Below, in pieces: positions 18,998-27,889 of a stretch of 43,720 nucleotides of DNA. Position numbers and translations under genes: made by a program. This stretch comes from Coriobacteriia bacterium. Its GTDB lineage: Bacteria > Actinomycetota > Coriobacteriia > Anaerosomatales > JAGXFU01. The DNA is taken from assembly GCA_041739935.1 (NCBI GenBank), contig JBGSMX010000274.1, positions 1-43,720 of the forward strand. The letters are read 5' to 3'. How positions within the stretch are numbered: position 1 is the stretch's first letter; the number at the start of each line of letters is the position of its first letter. The notes beneath the pieces were generated by a model, which was given only the letters and a program-made list of their open reading frames with translations, did not search any database and had not been told where the DNA came from.

Positions 18998-20293
18998 ATG
19001 AGCGATCAAGATCGCAAGACGCCGGAGCAGGCGCATGAGGCAGGAGAGCTGGTTGGTCCCGATCTCGAGGGCAAGATACCCCGTACGATCTGGTGGGAGG
19101 ACAACAAGGTTCGCCTGATCGACCAGTCGCGCTTGCCGCTCGTGGGCGACATCTTGGAGTGTGACACCTACACCGGAGTGTGCTGGGCCATCAAGGGCAT
19201 GGCCGTTCGCGGCGCACCCGCGCTTGGCGTGGCGGCCGCGCTGGGTGTAGCGGTGTGGGCAGCCAACGAATCCGAGCACTACGAGGACCCCGACACGTTC
19301 TTCGCGGGACTCGAAGATGTGGTCGAGGAGATCAAGGCAACCCGGCCCACAGCCCTCAACCTCGCGTGGGGAGCGGAGCGCTTGCGCCGCCTGGCGTACG
19401 CCAACGAGATGCTCCCCGTCTCCGAGATCAGGGAGCTACTCGTTGCCGAGGCAGTCTCGATGGTCGAGCAAGATGAGGTCCGCAATCGCTACATCGGCAA
19501 GCACGGTGCCGAGCTCCTGGAGCCGGGGTCGAAGATACTCACGCACTGTAACGCCGGTTCGCTTGCGACCGCGTATTTCGGCACGGCGCTTGGCGTCATC
19601 TTCGCCGCACACGAGCAGGGCAAGATCGAGCACGTGTGGGTCGATGAGACCCGGCCGGTCATGCAGGGTGCACGGCTCACCACGTGGGAGCTCATGATGG
19701 CGGGAATCCCGTGCGCGCTGCTTACCGACAGCATGGCCGGGTGGATCATGAGTCGTGGGGGAGTGGATGCGGTCATCGTCGGTGCGGATCACATTGCCGC
19801 GAACGGAGACGTCGCGAACAAGATTGGGACCTACAGTCTCGCCATTCTCGCTCACGAGCACGGCATCCCATTCTACGTTGCTGCACCCACATCGACCATC
19901 GATCTGCTCATCTCGAACGGCGAGGAGATCCCCATCGAGCAGCGACCCGAAGAAGAGGTCACCGGGGTCACCTGGTCCGCCACGTTCGAGTCGCCTTCAG
20001 GTGATGCCTCGCGAGCGCTCGACACGCTGACCGCCGAGGGACCCTACGAGTTCGACTTCGGCCGCGGTCACAAACTGATGCTCGCCCGCAAAGGCGGTGC
20101 GTTCCAGTTCGACGGCTGGGCTCGGATCGCCCCGCTGAACGTGCCGGTCATCAATCCCTCGTTCGATGTGACACCCGCGAAATACGTGACGGCCATCATC
20201 ACCGAACGCGGAGTTGCGCGGCCGGACTTCGAGACTTCGCTCGCACTGCTGGGCATGGGCTCGGGCGGTATGCACGAGATCGCCATCGACTAG
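18998..20293 (+). CDS. mtnA: S-methyl-5-thioribose-1-phosphate isomerase (eIF-2B alpha/beta/delta-like family)
   Basis: Motifs VRLIDQSRLP, MAVRGAPALGVAAA, RPTALNL, THCNAGSLAT, GARLTTWEL, VIVGADHIAANGDVANKIGTY and NPSFDVTP...ITERG. GGAGG lies upstream. It is longer than usual (see findings). Confidence 0.85.
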   Translation: MSDQDRKTPEQAHEAGELVGPDLEGKIPRTIWWEDNKVRLIDQSRLPLVGDILECDTYTGVCWAIKGMAVRGAPALGVAAALGVAVWAANESEHYEDPDTFFAGLEDVVEEIKATRPTALNLAWGAERLRRLAYANEMLPVSEIRELLVAEAVSMVEQDEVRNRYIGKHGAELLEPGSKILTHCNAGSLATAYFGTALGVIFAAHEQGKIEHVWVDETRPVMQGARLTTWELMMAGIPCALLTDSMAGWIMSRGGVDAVIVGADHIAANGDVANKIGTYSLAILAHEHGIPFYVAAPTSTIDLLISNGEEIPIEQRPEEEVTGVTWSATFESPSGDASRALDTLTAEGPYEFDFGRGHKLMLARKGGAFQFDGWARIAPLNVPVINPSFDVTPAKYVTAIITERGVARPDFETSLALLGMGSGGMHEIAID

Positions 20294-20299
20294 GCGCAC

Positions 20300-21220
20300 A
20301 TGGACGTACTGGCGCTTGCGCAGACTATCCTTGGCTTCGTAGGTATCGTCGCCGTCGGGTGGCTGCTGCGACGCTTCGGCGTGCTCAGGCCGCAAGATGC
20401 CCGGCCCATCAACAACGTCATCATCTACGCCGGGCTTCCGGCGCTGATCTTTCGTGCCGTCTACCCTGCGCAGCTGGATCGCTCGCTGCTGATCGTCGCG
20501 GTCGTCGCATGGGTCGTGTTCGCGACCTCTGCTGCCATCGCCTGGGGCGCGACGCGGCAGATGCATCTTCCCGGCCCCGTTGCAGGCGGCTTCATACTCA
20601 CCGCCGCACTCGGAAACACGGGCTACATCGGCTACCCGGTCTCGCTCGCGATCCTGGGCGACGAGGGTCTGGTGCGCGCGATCTTCTACGACGTGTTCGG
20701 CACCGTCGCGGCGTTGCTGCTCGTCGGGTTGTTCGTTGCCCAACACATGGGTTCTGCCGAGGAACGACACGTCAATCCGGTGAAGGAGGCACTGAGCTTC
20801 CCCGCGGTGATCGCTCTGGGTGCGGCGCTTGTGATGCGCGCGGTGCCGATCGAGGTACCGGGTCTGGTAAGCGACGGTTTAGAGGCCCTCGCTAGCATGG
20901 TCGTGCCGCTCATCATGATCGCGGTCGGACTCTCCTTGAGACCGGGGAGTATCCGTGAACATCTCCGCGCGCTTACCGGCGTCGCGGTGATACGGCTGCT
21001 CGTGGCCCCGCTCGTTGCGGCTGCGGTCGCCGGTCTCGTGATCGATGATCCGGCGGCGGTCAGTCTGGTCGTGCTCGAGGCGGGGATGCCGTCGATGATG
21101 TTGTCTCTGGTTATCGGAGCGCGGTTCAAGCTGGATACGGATTTCATCGCCTCGGCGATTCTCGTGACGACGGTCGCGTCGGTCGCGACCATCCCGCTCA
21201 TGCAGGCGATCGCCGGCTGA
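20300..21220 (+). CDS. AEC (auxin efflux carrier) family membrane transporter
   Basis: 306 aa and about 10 TM segments. Typical N-terminus (ILGFVGIVAVGWLLRRFGVL....ARPINNVIIYAGLPALIF). Confidence 0.75.
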   Translation: MDVLALAQTILGFVGIVAVGWLLRRFGVLRPQDARPINNVIIYAGLPALIFRAVYPAQLDRSLLIVAVVAWVVFATSAAIAWGATRQMHLPGPVAGGFILTAALGNTGYIGYPVSLAILGDEGLVRAIFYDVFGTVAALLLVGLFVAQHMGSAEERHVNPVKEALSFPAVIALGAALVMRAVPIEVPGLVSDGLEALASMVVPLIMIAVGLSLRPGSIREHLRALTGVAVIRLLVAPLVAAAVAGLVIDDPAAVSLVVLEAGMPSMMLSLVIGARFKLDTDFIASAILVTTVASVATIPLMQAIAG

Positions 21221-21245
21221 CCACGCCGCCTTAGGTGAGGTACCG

Positions 21246-21935
21246 TTGTGGCTGCTCGATGACCTTGTAGACGGTCTGCTCGAGACGATATTCCCGACGC
21301 GCTGCGCGGGTTGCGACATGCCGGGAGGGCTGCTGTGCCCGTCGTGTCTCGAGGCGCTACGCCGCATCGACCCGGACGGGGCGTGTGGTCGCTGCGGTGC
21401 GCCTTACGGGCATGTCGTCTGCACCGAGTGCTGGGAGACCGAGTATTCCTTCTCGGCGGCAGTGGCTGTGAGCTCTTTGGAGCGGCCACTGTCCCGGGCG
21501 ATCACGCTGTACAAGGACAGCGGGGAGCGTCGTCTGGCGCGATTGCTCGGCGAGATGCTGGCGCAGACGCTCGAACCGTGGCACGGGTGGCCCGGAGCTG
21601 TCGTTCCGGTTCCGGCCACTCGCAGGGCAGTTCGCGAACGAGGCTTCGATCATATCGAGCAGCTCGGCTCCGTCGTCGCCCACTCTATGGGGGTTCCGCT
21701 CGTGCGCGCACTGGACGCCCCCCGCGCCCGTGACCTGCGCGCGCTGGGACGACAGGCGCGCCGCGAAGAAGTCACGGGGGCGTTCTCGGTCGTCTCCGGT
21801 GCCACCATCGAGCCGCGCATACTTCTCGTGGATGACGTCCTGACGACCGGCTCGACACTCGACGCAGCGGCCTCGGTGCTGCTGGGCGCAGGCGCCGAGC
21901 AGGTTCGGGCGGCGGTGATCGCGCGAGCGTGGTGA
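21246..21935 (+). CDS. comFC: ComF-family protein / phosphoribosyltransferase-domain protein (ComFC-like)
   Basis: N-terminal double Cys-x2-Cys zinc-finger region (CAGCDMPGGLLCPSC ... CGRCG ... CTEC). C-terminal PRTase motif ILLVDDVLTTGSTL. TTG start with GGTGAGG upstream. Confidence 0.8.
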   Translation: MWLLDDLVDGLLETIFPTRCAGCDMPGGLLCPSCLEALRRIDPDGACGRCGAPYGHVVCTECWETEYSFSAAVAVSSLERPLSRAITLYKDSGERRLARLLGEMLAQTLEPWHGWPGAVVPVPATRRAVRERGFDHIEQLGSVVAHSMGVPLVRALDAPRARDLRALGRQARREEVTGAFSVVSGATIEPRILLVDDVLTTGSTLDAAASVLLGAGAEQVRAAVIARAW

Positions 21936-22250
21936 ACGGTCGGGGCCATTGCGCTAACCGCTGCGTCACCCGTGGTAGAATTCTCGATGCTTTCACTCGG
22001 GTCTGTGGTTGCGGGTGCTCTCGGGCATCCTAGTCCAAGGCAGGTGCGGTCAAAAGGATCCACGTAAACGCGTGCGCCTCAGGCGGCGCGTGAGCACGGC
22101 GCACCTTAGGGGTAAGTCGTACCGTCCGCCGCTTGCGGTGGGCGAGAGGGGCAGTAGTGAGATAGCATCAAGCGAACCTCCCGGTATGCGAGTGTGGGGT
22201 CAAAGACCAGGTCAGCCGAGTGGAAGCACCGATTCTGCGAGAGGAACAGC

Positions 22251-23081
22251 ATGCGTTCGAAGGTCATGATCGTACTCGTTGTACTCTGCGCGCTCACGCT
22301 GGTCGCAGGTTGCGCCGCACAGCCCGCAGAGGAGCCCGTGCTCGCGCCGAAGGTAGCCCCGCCGGTGATAGGCGAGGCAGGCGTGCTTCGTGTAGGTGTG
22401 GACCTGGAGTATCCGCCGTTCGCCGGCACGGACAAAGACCAGGAGGCGGGAATCGACATCGACGTAGCCGCCGCGCTGGCAAACGAGCTCGGGCTCACGA
22501 TCGAGACCGTTCAGATCGCCCCGAGCGATGTGGCCACAGCACTCGCAGATGGCAGCGTTGACATCGTGATGTCAGTGCCCTTCAGCGACGAGGCCATGGT
22601 CGGATCGTCGATCGCGGGCTCGTACATCACCAACGGCCCGGCGTTCTTCTCCTCGGCAGATGATAGTCAGACCGTGGAAGTGACCGTGGCGGACCTCGTC
22701 GGGAAGCGCATCGGCGCGCAGCAAGGTTCGCCGGCGTTCTGGGCGCTCACCTACGAACTCGGCGACGAGGCGGTTGTTGCGTTCGCGACGCTGCGCGAGG
22801 CGTTCGAGGCAGCCGAGGCGGGCGACATCGACATCGTGGGATGCGATGCGATTATCGGGGCTTACATCGCCGAGGACTTCGAGACCGTGCGCTTCGCGGG
22901 TCAGGTCGAACCAGCGACGCCGATCGGTGTTGCGGTGGCGGCCGATGCGACCGAACTCGGGCAGGTCATGCGCGAGACGCTCGACACGCTCGCCGCCAAC
23001 GGCATCCTCGCGGCGATTCGCGCGAAGTGGGTCGGCGAACTGCCCGAACTCTCGGTCGAGACGTCCTCGACGACGTCGTAG
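22251..23081 (+). CDS. Polar amino-acid ABC transporter substrate-binding lipoprotein (canonical domain order)
   Basis: Lipobox LVAGC. SBP_bac_3-type order: LRVGVDLEYPPFAG...GIDIDVAAALA..LGL first, then DLVGKRIGAQQGS ... AIRAKWVG. The ORF opens at 22194; ATG 22251 gives the signal peptide. Confidence 0.8.
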   Translation: MRSKVMIVLVVLCALTLVAGCAAQPAEEPVLAPKVAPPVIGEAGVLRVGVDLEYPPFAGTDKDQEAGIDIDVAAALANELGLTIETVQIAPSDVATALADGSVDIVMSVPFSDEAMVGSSIAGSYITNGPAFFSSADDSQTVEVTVADLVGKRIGAQQGSPAFWALTYELGDEAVVAFATLREAFEAAEAGDIDIVGCDAIIGAYIAEDFETVRFAGQVEPATPIGVAVAADATELGQVMRETLDTLAANGILAAIRAKWVGELPELSVETSSTTS

Positions 23082-23231
23082 AATGCGCAACGCATAAAGT
23101 GTGGTGGTTCCTGCATAAGCCAACATTGTTTTCACAGTGATTCGCTCATGGTGTATCGTTATGCGAGTCAGTTTGGGTGCGGATGACGAGATCCGTGTCC
23201 GCATCGTAGAGGGAATTGCTGAGGAGGCAGA

Positions 23232-24104
23232 ATGCTAAACGCCAAGAAGCTCCTGTCGCTTGCGCTCGTGCTTATGCTGGCTATCGCCGTTGCAGGCGTC
23301 GCCGGTTGCAGTTCGGCGAGCGATGAGGGGACCACCGAAGAGCCGACCGAGGAAGCCACCGGCATCACCAGCGTCGATGACTTGCAGGAAGGCGACAAGG
23401 TCGGCGTCCAGTCCGGTACCACCGGTGAGGCATGGGCCAAGGAGAACCTCGAGCCCAACGGCATCGAGGTCGTTCCTTACGACGACGTTCTCGCCGCGTT
23501 TTCCGCGCTGCAGGCCGGCGATGTCGTGGGCGTCATCAACGACCTGCCGATCTCGCAGGACGTCGTGAAGGACGAGACCCGCGGTCTCGAGGTTGTTGAA
23601 GAGATCCAGACCGACGAGACCTACGGCTTCGCTTTCAGCAAGGAGAACCCGAACCTGCGCGACGCAGTGAACTGGGGTCTTGCGGAGATCATCGCCGACG
23701 GTCAGTACGACACCATTTACGAGAAGTGGTTCGGCGCCGCCCCCATGTCCATGCCTGAGGCCACCAGCGGCGTCACCGAGATGCCTGCAGAGTTCACTAC
23801 GATCTCCGAGGGCAAGATCATCGTCGGTTCCGACACCGCGTTCCCGCCCTTCGAGAACGTCGAGGGTGGAGAGACGGTTGGCTTCGACGTCGATCTCATG
23901 AACGCGATCGGCGAGAAGCTCGGCCTTGAGGTCGAGTTCAAGAGCTACAAGTTCGACGCACTGATCACCGGCGTTCAGGCCGGCACCGAGTTCGACATGG
24001 TCGCATCGGCCATGACGATCACCGAGGAGCGCCAGCAGTCTGTTGACTTCTCGGATCCGTACATCAACTCGAACCAGTCGCTGGCGGTCAAGAAGGCTCA
24101 GTAA
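23232..24104 (+). CDS. Polar amino-acid ABC transporter substrate-binding lipoprotein, circularly permuted
   Basis: GAGGAGG RBS and lipobox VAGC. The normally C-terminal half (DDLQEGDKVGVQSGT...YGFAFSK...YEKWFG) comes first. The normally N-terminal half (KIIVGSDTAFPPFE...VGFDVDLMNAIGEKLGL...MTITEERQQSVDFSDPY) comes last. Confidence 0.8.
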   Translation: MLNAKKLLSLALVLMLAIAVAGVAGCSSASDEGTTEEPTEEATGITSVDDLQEGDKVGVQSGTTGEAWAKENLEPNGIEVVPYDDVLAAFSALQAGDVVGVINDLPISQDVVKDETRGLEVVEEIQTDETYGFAFSKENPNLRDAVNWGLAEIIADGQYDTIYEKWFGAAPMSMPEATSGVTEMPAEFTTISEGKIIVGSDTAFPPFENVEGGETVGFDVDLMNAIGEKLGLEVEFKSYKFDALITGVQAGTEFDMVASAMTITEERQQSVDFSDPYINSNQSLAVKKAQ

Positions 24105-24133
24105 TCTTGTCCCAGCAGCAAGCTTTCGCCAGC

Positions 24134-24160
24134 GGGGCCGACGGCGTTTTCGTCGGCCCC
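24134..24160 (+). terminator. Intra-operon hairpin (attenuating terminator or mRNA stabiliser) after the binding-protein genes
   Basis: Perfect 9-bp stem GGGGCCGAC / GTCGGCCCC (24134-24142 and 24152-24160) with a 9-nt loop containing TTTT. It lies between the SBP stop and the permease RBS. Confidence 0.45.
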
Positions 24161-24189
24161 AAGGCGTAGGCATCCCGGGAGGTTTCGGC

Positions 24190-25467
24190 GTGAACCCAAG
24201 GATACGCACGATACTGCTGTATGTGGCGTACGCGGTCGTGCCCTTGATTCTGGCGGTGCTCCTCTTCACCATGGTCGGACCGGATCGCCTGCTCTACGAG
24301 CGCACGGCATCCAGGGGTTCGACCGGTATGGTTGATGATGTCTACATCATCTCGCCCACCAAAGACAGCGTCACCATCGGTACCCAGGCCAATGTCAACA
24401 TCCCGCAGGCCGAGATGGATATCGCGATCGGTGCCACGCTCGACAGGGAGCCCCGCGGCGCCGGAATGGAAGATACGTCCTGGATCTTGACTGCCGAGGA
24501 GACGAGTCCCACCCCGATCCTCTTGAACGGTGAGCTCGTTGACGGCACGCCCAAGCTGGTCGTGGATGACGTCATCACAGTGGGCGGGGTCGATGTGCTC
24601 TACGCCGGTCCGCGGACCGGCGTGTTGGGAGCACTCGACTGGTGGGAGACCGGCAAGGTATCGCACCTGTTCGCCTCACCTGCGGTCATCGTCGAAGCGT
24701 TCCCTATCCTTCTTCGGGCGTTCCCCGTGTCGATTCTGGCCGTTCTGGTGTCTTTCGCACTCGCGATACCTATGGGACTCGCCCTCGCGTTCATGAAGAT
24801 GGCGAAGTCGCGCTGGTTCCGCTTCCCCGCGACGATGTACATCGACGTGATTCGTGGAACCCCGATCTTCCTGCAGATACTGCTCGTCTTCTTCGGGCTC
24901 CCCTTGATGCCCCCGTGGCAGGCGCTTCTTGCTGCGTTCCCGCAACTCAACGATGCCGGCCCGTTCGGGGTCACGTGGTCGCTGTACATGCGCGCGTTCG
25001 TGGTGTTGAGCTTCAACTCGGCAGCCTACATGGCCGAGATCTTCCGCGCGGGCATCCAGTCGATCAACAAGGGGCAGATGGAAGCGGCGCGTTCGCTGGG
25101 TATGACCACTGCGCAGGCGATGGCGTACGTCATCATCCCGCAGACCGTCCGGCGTATTCTCCCCACGATGATGTCCGAGTTCATTCTGCTGTTCAAAGAC
25201 ACGTCGCTCTTCGCTGCGGTCGGTATGGCCGAGATCATCTTGCGCTCTCGCGAGGTCGCATCAACGACACTCAATGTCTCCCCGTACCTGCTCGCCGCTG
25301 TTTTCTATCTGGTGATCACCATTCCGCTCGGTCGATTCGTTCAGCAGTTCGAGAACAGACTGGCGGCATCGGAAGGCGGCGGAGCTGTCCAGCCGGCGGG
25401 CGAGGGCGATAGCGATGCGGGCAAGCCCGCGGAACCGAAGCTCCGAACCGAAGCGGGCGAGAGGTAA
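24190..25467 (+). CDS. Polar amino-acid ABC transporter permease (HisM/GlnP type) with an N-terminal TM helix plus an extra ~140-aa domain
   Basis: GGGAGG at 24176-24181 precedes GTG 24190. The C-terminal ~230 aa carry the permease EAA-loop region ([27 protein letters not shown]). The N-terminal ~165 aa are not part of the standard family. Confidence 0.8.
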   Translation: MNPRIRTILLYVAYAVVPLILAVLLFTMVGPDRLLYERTASRGSTGMVDDVYIISPTKDSVTIGTQANVNIPQAEMDIAIGATLDREPRGAGMEDTSWILTAEETSPTPILLNGELVDGTPKLVVDDVITVGGVDVLYAGPRTGVLGALDWWETGKVSHLFASPAVIVEAFPILLRAFPVSILAVLVSFALAIPMGLALAFMKMAKSRWFRFPATMYIDVIRGTPIFLQILLVFFGLPLMPPWQALLAAFPQLNDAGPFGVTWSLYMRAFVVLSFNSAAYMAEIFRAGIQSINKGQMEAARSLGMTTAQAMAYVIIPQTVRRILPTMMSEFILLFKDTSLFAAVGMAEIILRSREVASTTLNVSPYLLAAVFYLVITIPLGRFVQQFENRLAASEGGGAVQPAGEGDSDAGKPAEPKLRTEAGER

Positions 25468-26225
25468 TGGATACGACGATGAGCAGCGCAGCCAACAAAC
25501 CCATCGTTCGCATCGTCAATCTTCAGAAGAGCTTCGGTGATCTGCAGGTCCTTAACGGTGTCGACATGGACGTCGAGAAGGGCGAAGTGGTTGTCATACT
25601 GGGTCCGTCGGGATCCGGCAAGTCAACACTGCTGCGCTGCGTGAATCGGCTCGAGGAGCCGACCGGCGGCGAGATCTGGCTCGAGGATATACAGGTCAAC
25701 GCGTCCAAGACCAACATCAATGAAGTCCGTGAGCGCGTGGGAATGGTGTTCCAATCCTTCAACCTGTTCCCGCACCTGACTGCCAAAGGCAATGTCATGC
25801 TTGCGCAGCGCAAGGTCCTCCACCGCCCGAAACACGACGCGGCTAGAATCGCAGTCGAGCAGCTCGAGCGGGTTGGCCTGGGCGACCGCGTCGACTACTT
25901 CCCTTCGCAACTGTCCGGCGGCCAGCAACAACGCGTGGCAATCGCGCGGTCTCTTGCGATGGACCCCCACGTCATGCTGTTCGACGAGGTCACTTCGGCT
26001 CTCGATCCTGAACTCGTTCGGGGCGTGCTCGATGTCATGAAGGAGCTCGCAAAGGCCGGGATGACTATGCTCGTAGTGACGCACGAGATGGGCTTCGCCC
26101 GCGATGTCGCATCTCGGGCCGTCTTCATGGACGGTGGCGTGATCGTGGAGCAGGGGACCCCGTCCGAGGTCTTCGACAACCCGCAACACGAGCGGACCAA
26201 GGACTTCCTCGGCCATATCAGCTAG
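25467..26225 (+). CDS. Polar amino-acid ABC transporter ATP-binding protein (GlnQ/HisP-like)
   Basis: Walker [11 protein letters not shown]-loop, signature [13 protein letters not shown], Walker [13 protein letters not shown]-loop VTHEM. The ATG overlaps the permease TAA (TAATG). Confidence 0.95.
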   Translation: MDTTMSSAANKPIVRIVNLQKSFGDLQVLNGVDMDVEKGEVVVILGPSGSGKSTLLRCVNRLEEPTGGEIWLEDIQVNASKTNINEVRERVGMVFQSFNLFPHLTAKGNVMLAQRKVLHRPKHDAARIAVEQLERVGLGDRVDYFPSQLSGGQQQRVAIARSLAMDPHVMLFDEVTSALDPELVRGVLDVMKELAKAGMTMLVVTHEMGFARDVASRAVFMDGGVIVEQGTPSEVFDNPQHERTKDFLGHIS

Positions 26226-26314
26226 ACTGTCGCGACTACCCGTGCAACTTAGGCCCTTCGCTGTGGGCGTGCATGGGTATCTTCTATGTTAGAACCGCGT
26301 AAGAGGAGGACCTC

Positions 26315-26860
26315 ATGAAGCTGATCGTCAAAGGCCGGCACATGGCCGTCACCGATCCAATTCGCGAATACGCCGAGGAGAAAGTCGGTCGCATCGCCAA
26401 GATAATGGACGGCGAGCACATGCAGATCGAGGTCGAACTGTGGGTCGAGAAGAACCCGTCGATCGAGAAGAACCAGGTCGCCGAGGTCACCGTCTGGACC
26501 AAGGGGCCGGTTATTCGCGCGAAGGAAGCCGATCCCGACATGTACGCCGCGATCGATCTGGTGGCCGATAAACTCGAGCGTCAGTTCCGCAAGTTCAAAG
26601 GCAAGACGGTGGATCGCCACACAGGCAAGCACGCCGTGCCCATGCCTCCCGTGGTCGTGGAGCCCGAGGTCTCCGAGCCCAGCATCGTCAAGACCAAGAC
26701 CCTCGAAATCAAGCCCATGTCTGCCGAGGAAGCTATCCTGCAGCTCGAGCTTCTCGGACACGACTTCTTCATCTTTGCGTCAACGGAGACCGAGGAGATC
26801 AGCGTTCTCTACCGGCGCCACGACGGTGACTACGGGTTGCTCGAACCCGTGAAGATCTAG
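26315..26860 (+). CDS. hpf: Ribosome hibernation promoting factor, long form
   Basis: N-terminal S30AE/YfiA domain (MKLIVKGRHMAVTDPIREYAEEKV). C-terminal dimerisation domain (KTKTLEIKPMSAEEAILQLELLGHDFFIF...VLYRRHDGDYGLLEP). AGGAGG RBS. Confidence 0.95.
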   Translation: MKLIVKGRHMAVTDPIREYAEEKVGRIAKIMDGEHMQIEVELWVEKNPSIEKNQVAEVTVWTKGPVIRAKEADPDMYAAIDLVADKLERQFRKFKGKTVDRHTGKHAVPMPPVVVEPEVSEPSIVKTKTLEIKPMSAEEAILQLELLGHDFFIFASTETEEISVLYRRHDGDYGLLEPVKI

Positions 26861-26887
26861 CCAGCGAGCTGGCGAGAGCAGAGCGAA

Positions 26888-26913
26888 GCAGGGCGCCCCG
26901 CCGGGCGCCCTGC
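26888..26913 (+). terminator. GC-rich hairpin after hpf
   Basis: 10-bp perfect stem GCAGGGCGCC / GGCGCCCTGC (26888-26897 and 26904-26913) with a 6-nt loop. There is no clear U-tract, which is common in high-GC genomes. Confidence 0.5.
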
Positions 26914-26983
26914 GGCGTTGTAGGGAGGGTCGACCGGGCTCGCCGCAGGAACCGGATACGCAGCAGGGTATCCTGGGCGTTTG

Positions 26984-27012
26984 TTGACGGGAGTGCGCGC
27001 CCCGCATACAGT
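26984..27012 (+). promoter_or_regulatory. Sigma-70-like promoter candidate for the 27096 gene
   Basis: TTGACG (26984-26989), a 17-nt spacer, then TACAGT (27007-27012). Confidence 0.4.
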
Positions 27013-27095
27013 TACCGTGAGGGTTATCTCTTCGCGAGGTGACAGGCGTTCACGGGAGTAATGGCAGCCGCTCTAGTCGAAGCAGGAGGCTCCGG

Positions 27096-27758
27096 TTGGA
27101 TCAACGCACCTCTCACGTCTCCATCGAGGATATCGAAGCGACGCTCTCCCTTGTGTCCGAGATCAAGGCTGCTCGCGTCGTAACATCTCCCGAGGGCGTA
27201 ATCCAGGAAGTGCACGTGCTTGCGCTTCCGACCAAGTCACCCAAGCAGCTCGTGCGCGACATAGAGTCGACGCTGATGGCGCGCTTCGGGATCGCAATCG
27301 ATCACAAGAAGATATCGATTGCGCAGCTCGGTCAGGACTCGATGCCCGAGATAGACACGGGAATCTCCGAGGTTCGTGCAAGAATCATGGAGATCAACGC
27401 CAATGTCGCGGGCGTGCACGCTGCCGTGACGGTCACACTCGAGCTCGAGGGCGACACCTATGCGGGCAAGGCATCGGGACCCGCGAGTTCGACGGGCCGG
27501 CAGCGTCTGGTTGCCACCGCTACGCTCGACGCGGTCGAACAGTACGCGCAAGGTGCGCTGTCATTCGCGCTCGAAGATGTGAGCATAATCCAGCTGGGAC
27601 GGGAAAACGTTGCAGTCTCGTGCGTGACTCTGGTCTCGCCGCTGGGAGAGCAAGCGTACGCCGGTTCCGCGCTGGTTCGACAAAACGAGAAAGACTCCAT
27701 CGTCCGGGCGACGCTGGATGCTATCAATCGTCGTCTCGGTTTCTTGACAACCCCATAG
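27096..27758 (+). CDS. Hypothetical protein: ferredoxin-like N-terminal module plus an internally duplicated ACT/LeuA-allosteric-like C-terminal region
   Basis: TTG 27096 lies 6 nt after a perfect AGGAGG (27084-27089). The ORF opens at 27039. Two similar segments are present (VTVTLELEGDTYAGKASG....RQRLVATATLDAVEQY and VSCVTLVSPLGEQAYAGSAL....DSIVRATLDAINRRLG). No family is recognised with certainty. Confidence 0.6.
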   Translation: MDQRTSHVSIEDIEATLSLVSEIKAARVVTSPEGVIQEVHVLALPTKSPKQLVRDIESTLMARFGIAIDHKKISIAQLGQDSMPEIDTGISEVRARIMEINANVAGVHAAVTVTLELEGDTYAGKASGPASSTGRQRLVATATLDAVEQYAQGALSFALEDVSIIQLGRENVAVSCVTLVSPLGEQAYAGSALVRQNEKDSIVRATLDAINRRLGFLTTP

Positions 27759-27889
27759 CCCAGTTTGGGCCAACGTCGTGGATAACGATTTGGACACTGT
27801 ACGCACACGAATGAGCGGAGCGGACAGCGTTCTTCCATCGCTAGCGGGATGGGAGAAGACCTTGTTTCCAAGAAGGGGGTCTTCTCACC

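Noticed and set aside
22206-22228. SRP (4.5S) RNA-like motif: ACCAGGTCAG followed by GGAAGCA, resembling the helix-8 sequence ACCAGGUCAGGUCCGGAAGGAAGCAGC.
   Set aside because: The tetraloop would be GAGU rather than GNRA. The flanking sequences do not form the required helix-5 pairing: the reverse complement of the upstream 25 nt is absent downstream. The motif also sits about 20 nt from the start codon of the binding-protein gene, so it is probably a chance match within the 5' UTR.
23082-23231. Possible promoter or operator in the AT-richer gap between the two binding-protein genes (GCATAA direct repeat, small hairpins ATGCG/CGCAT and TGCGGA/TCCGCA).
   Set aside because: The stems are only 5-6 bp long, and no convincing -35/-10 pair with proper spacing could be defined. 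This is too weak to annotate.
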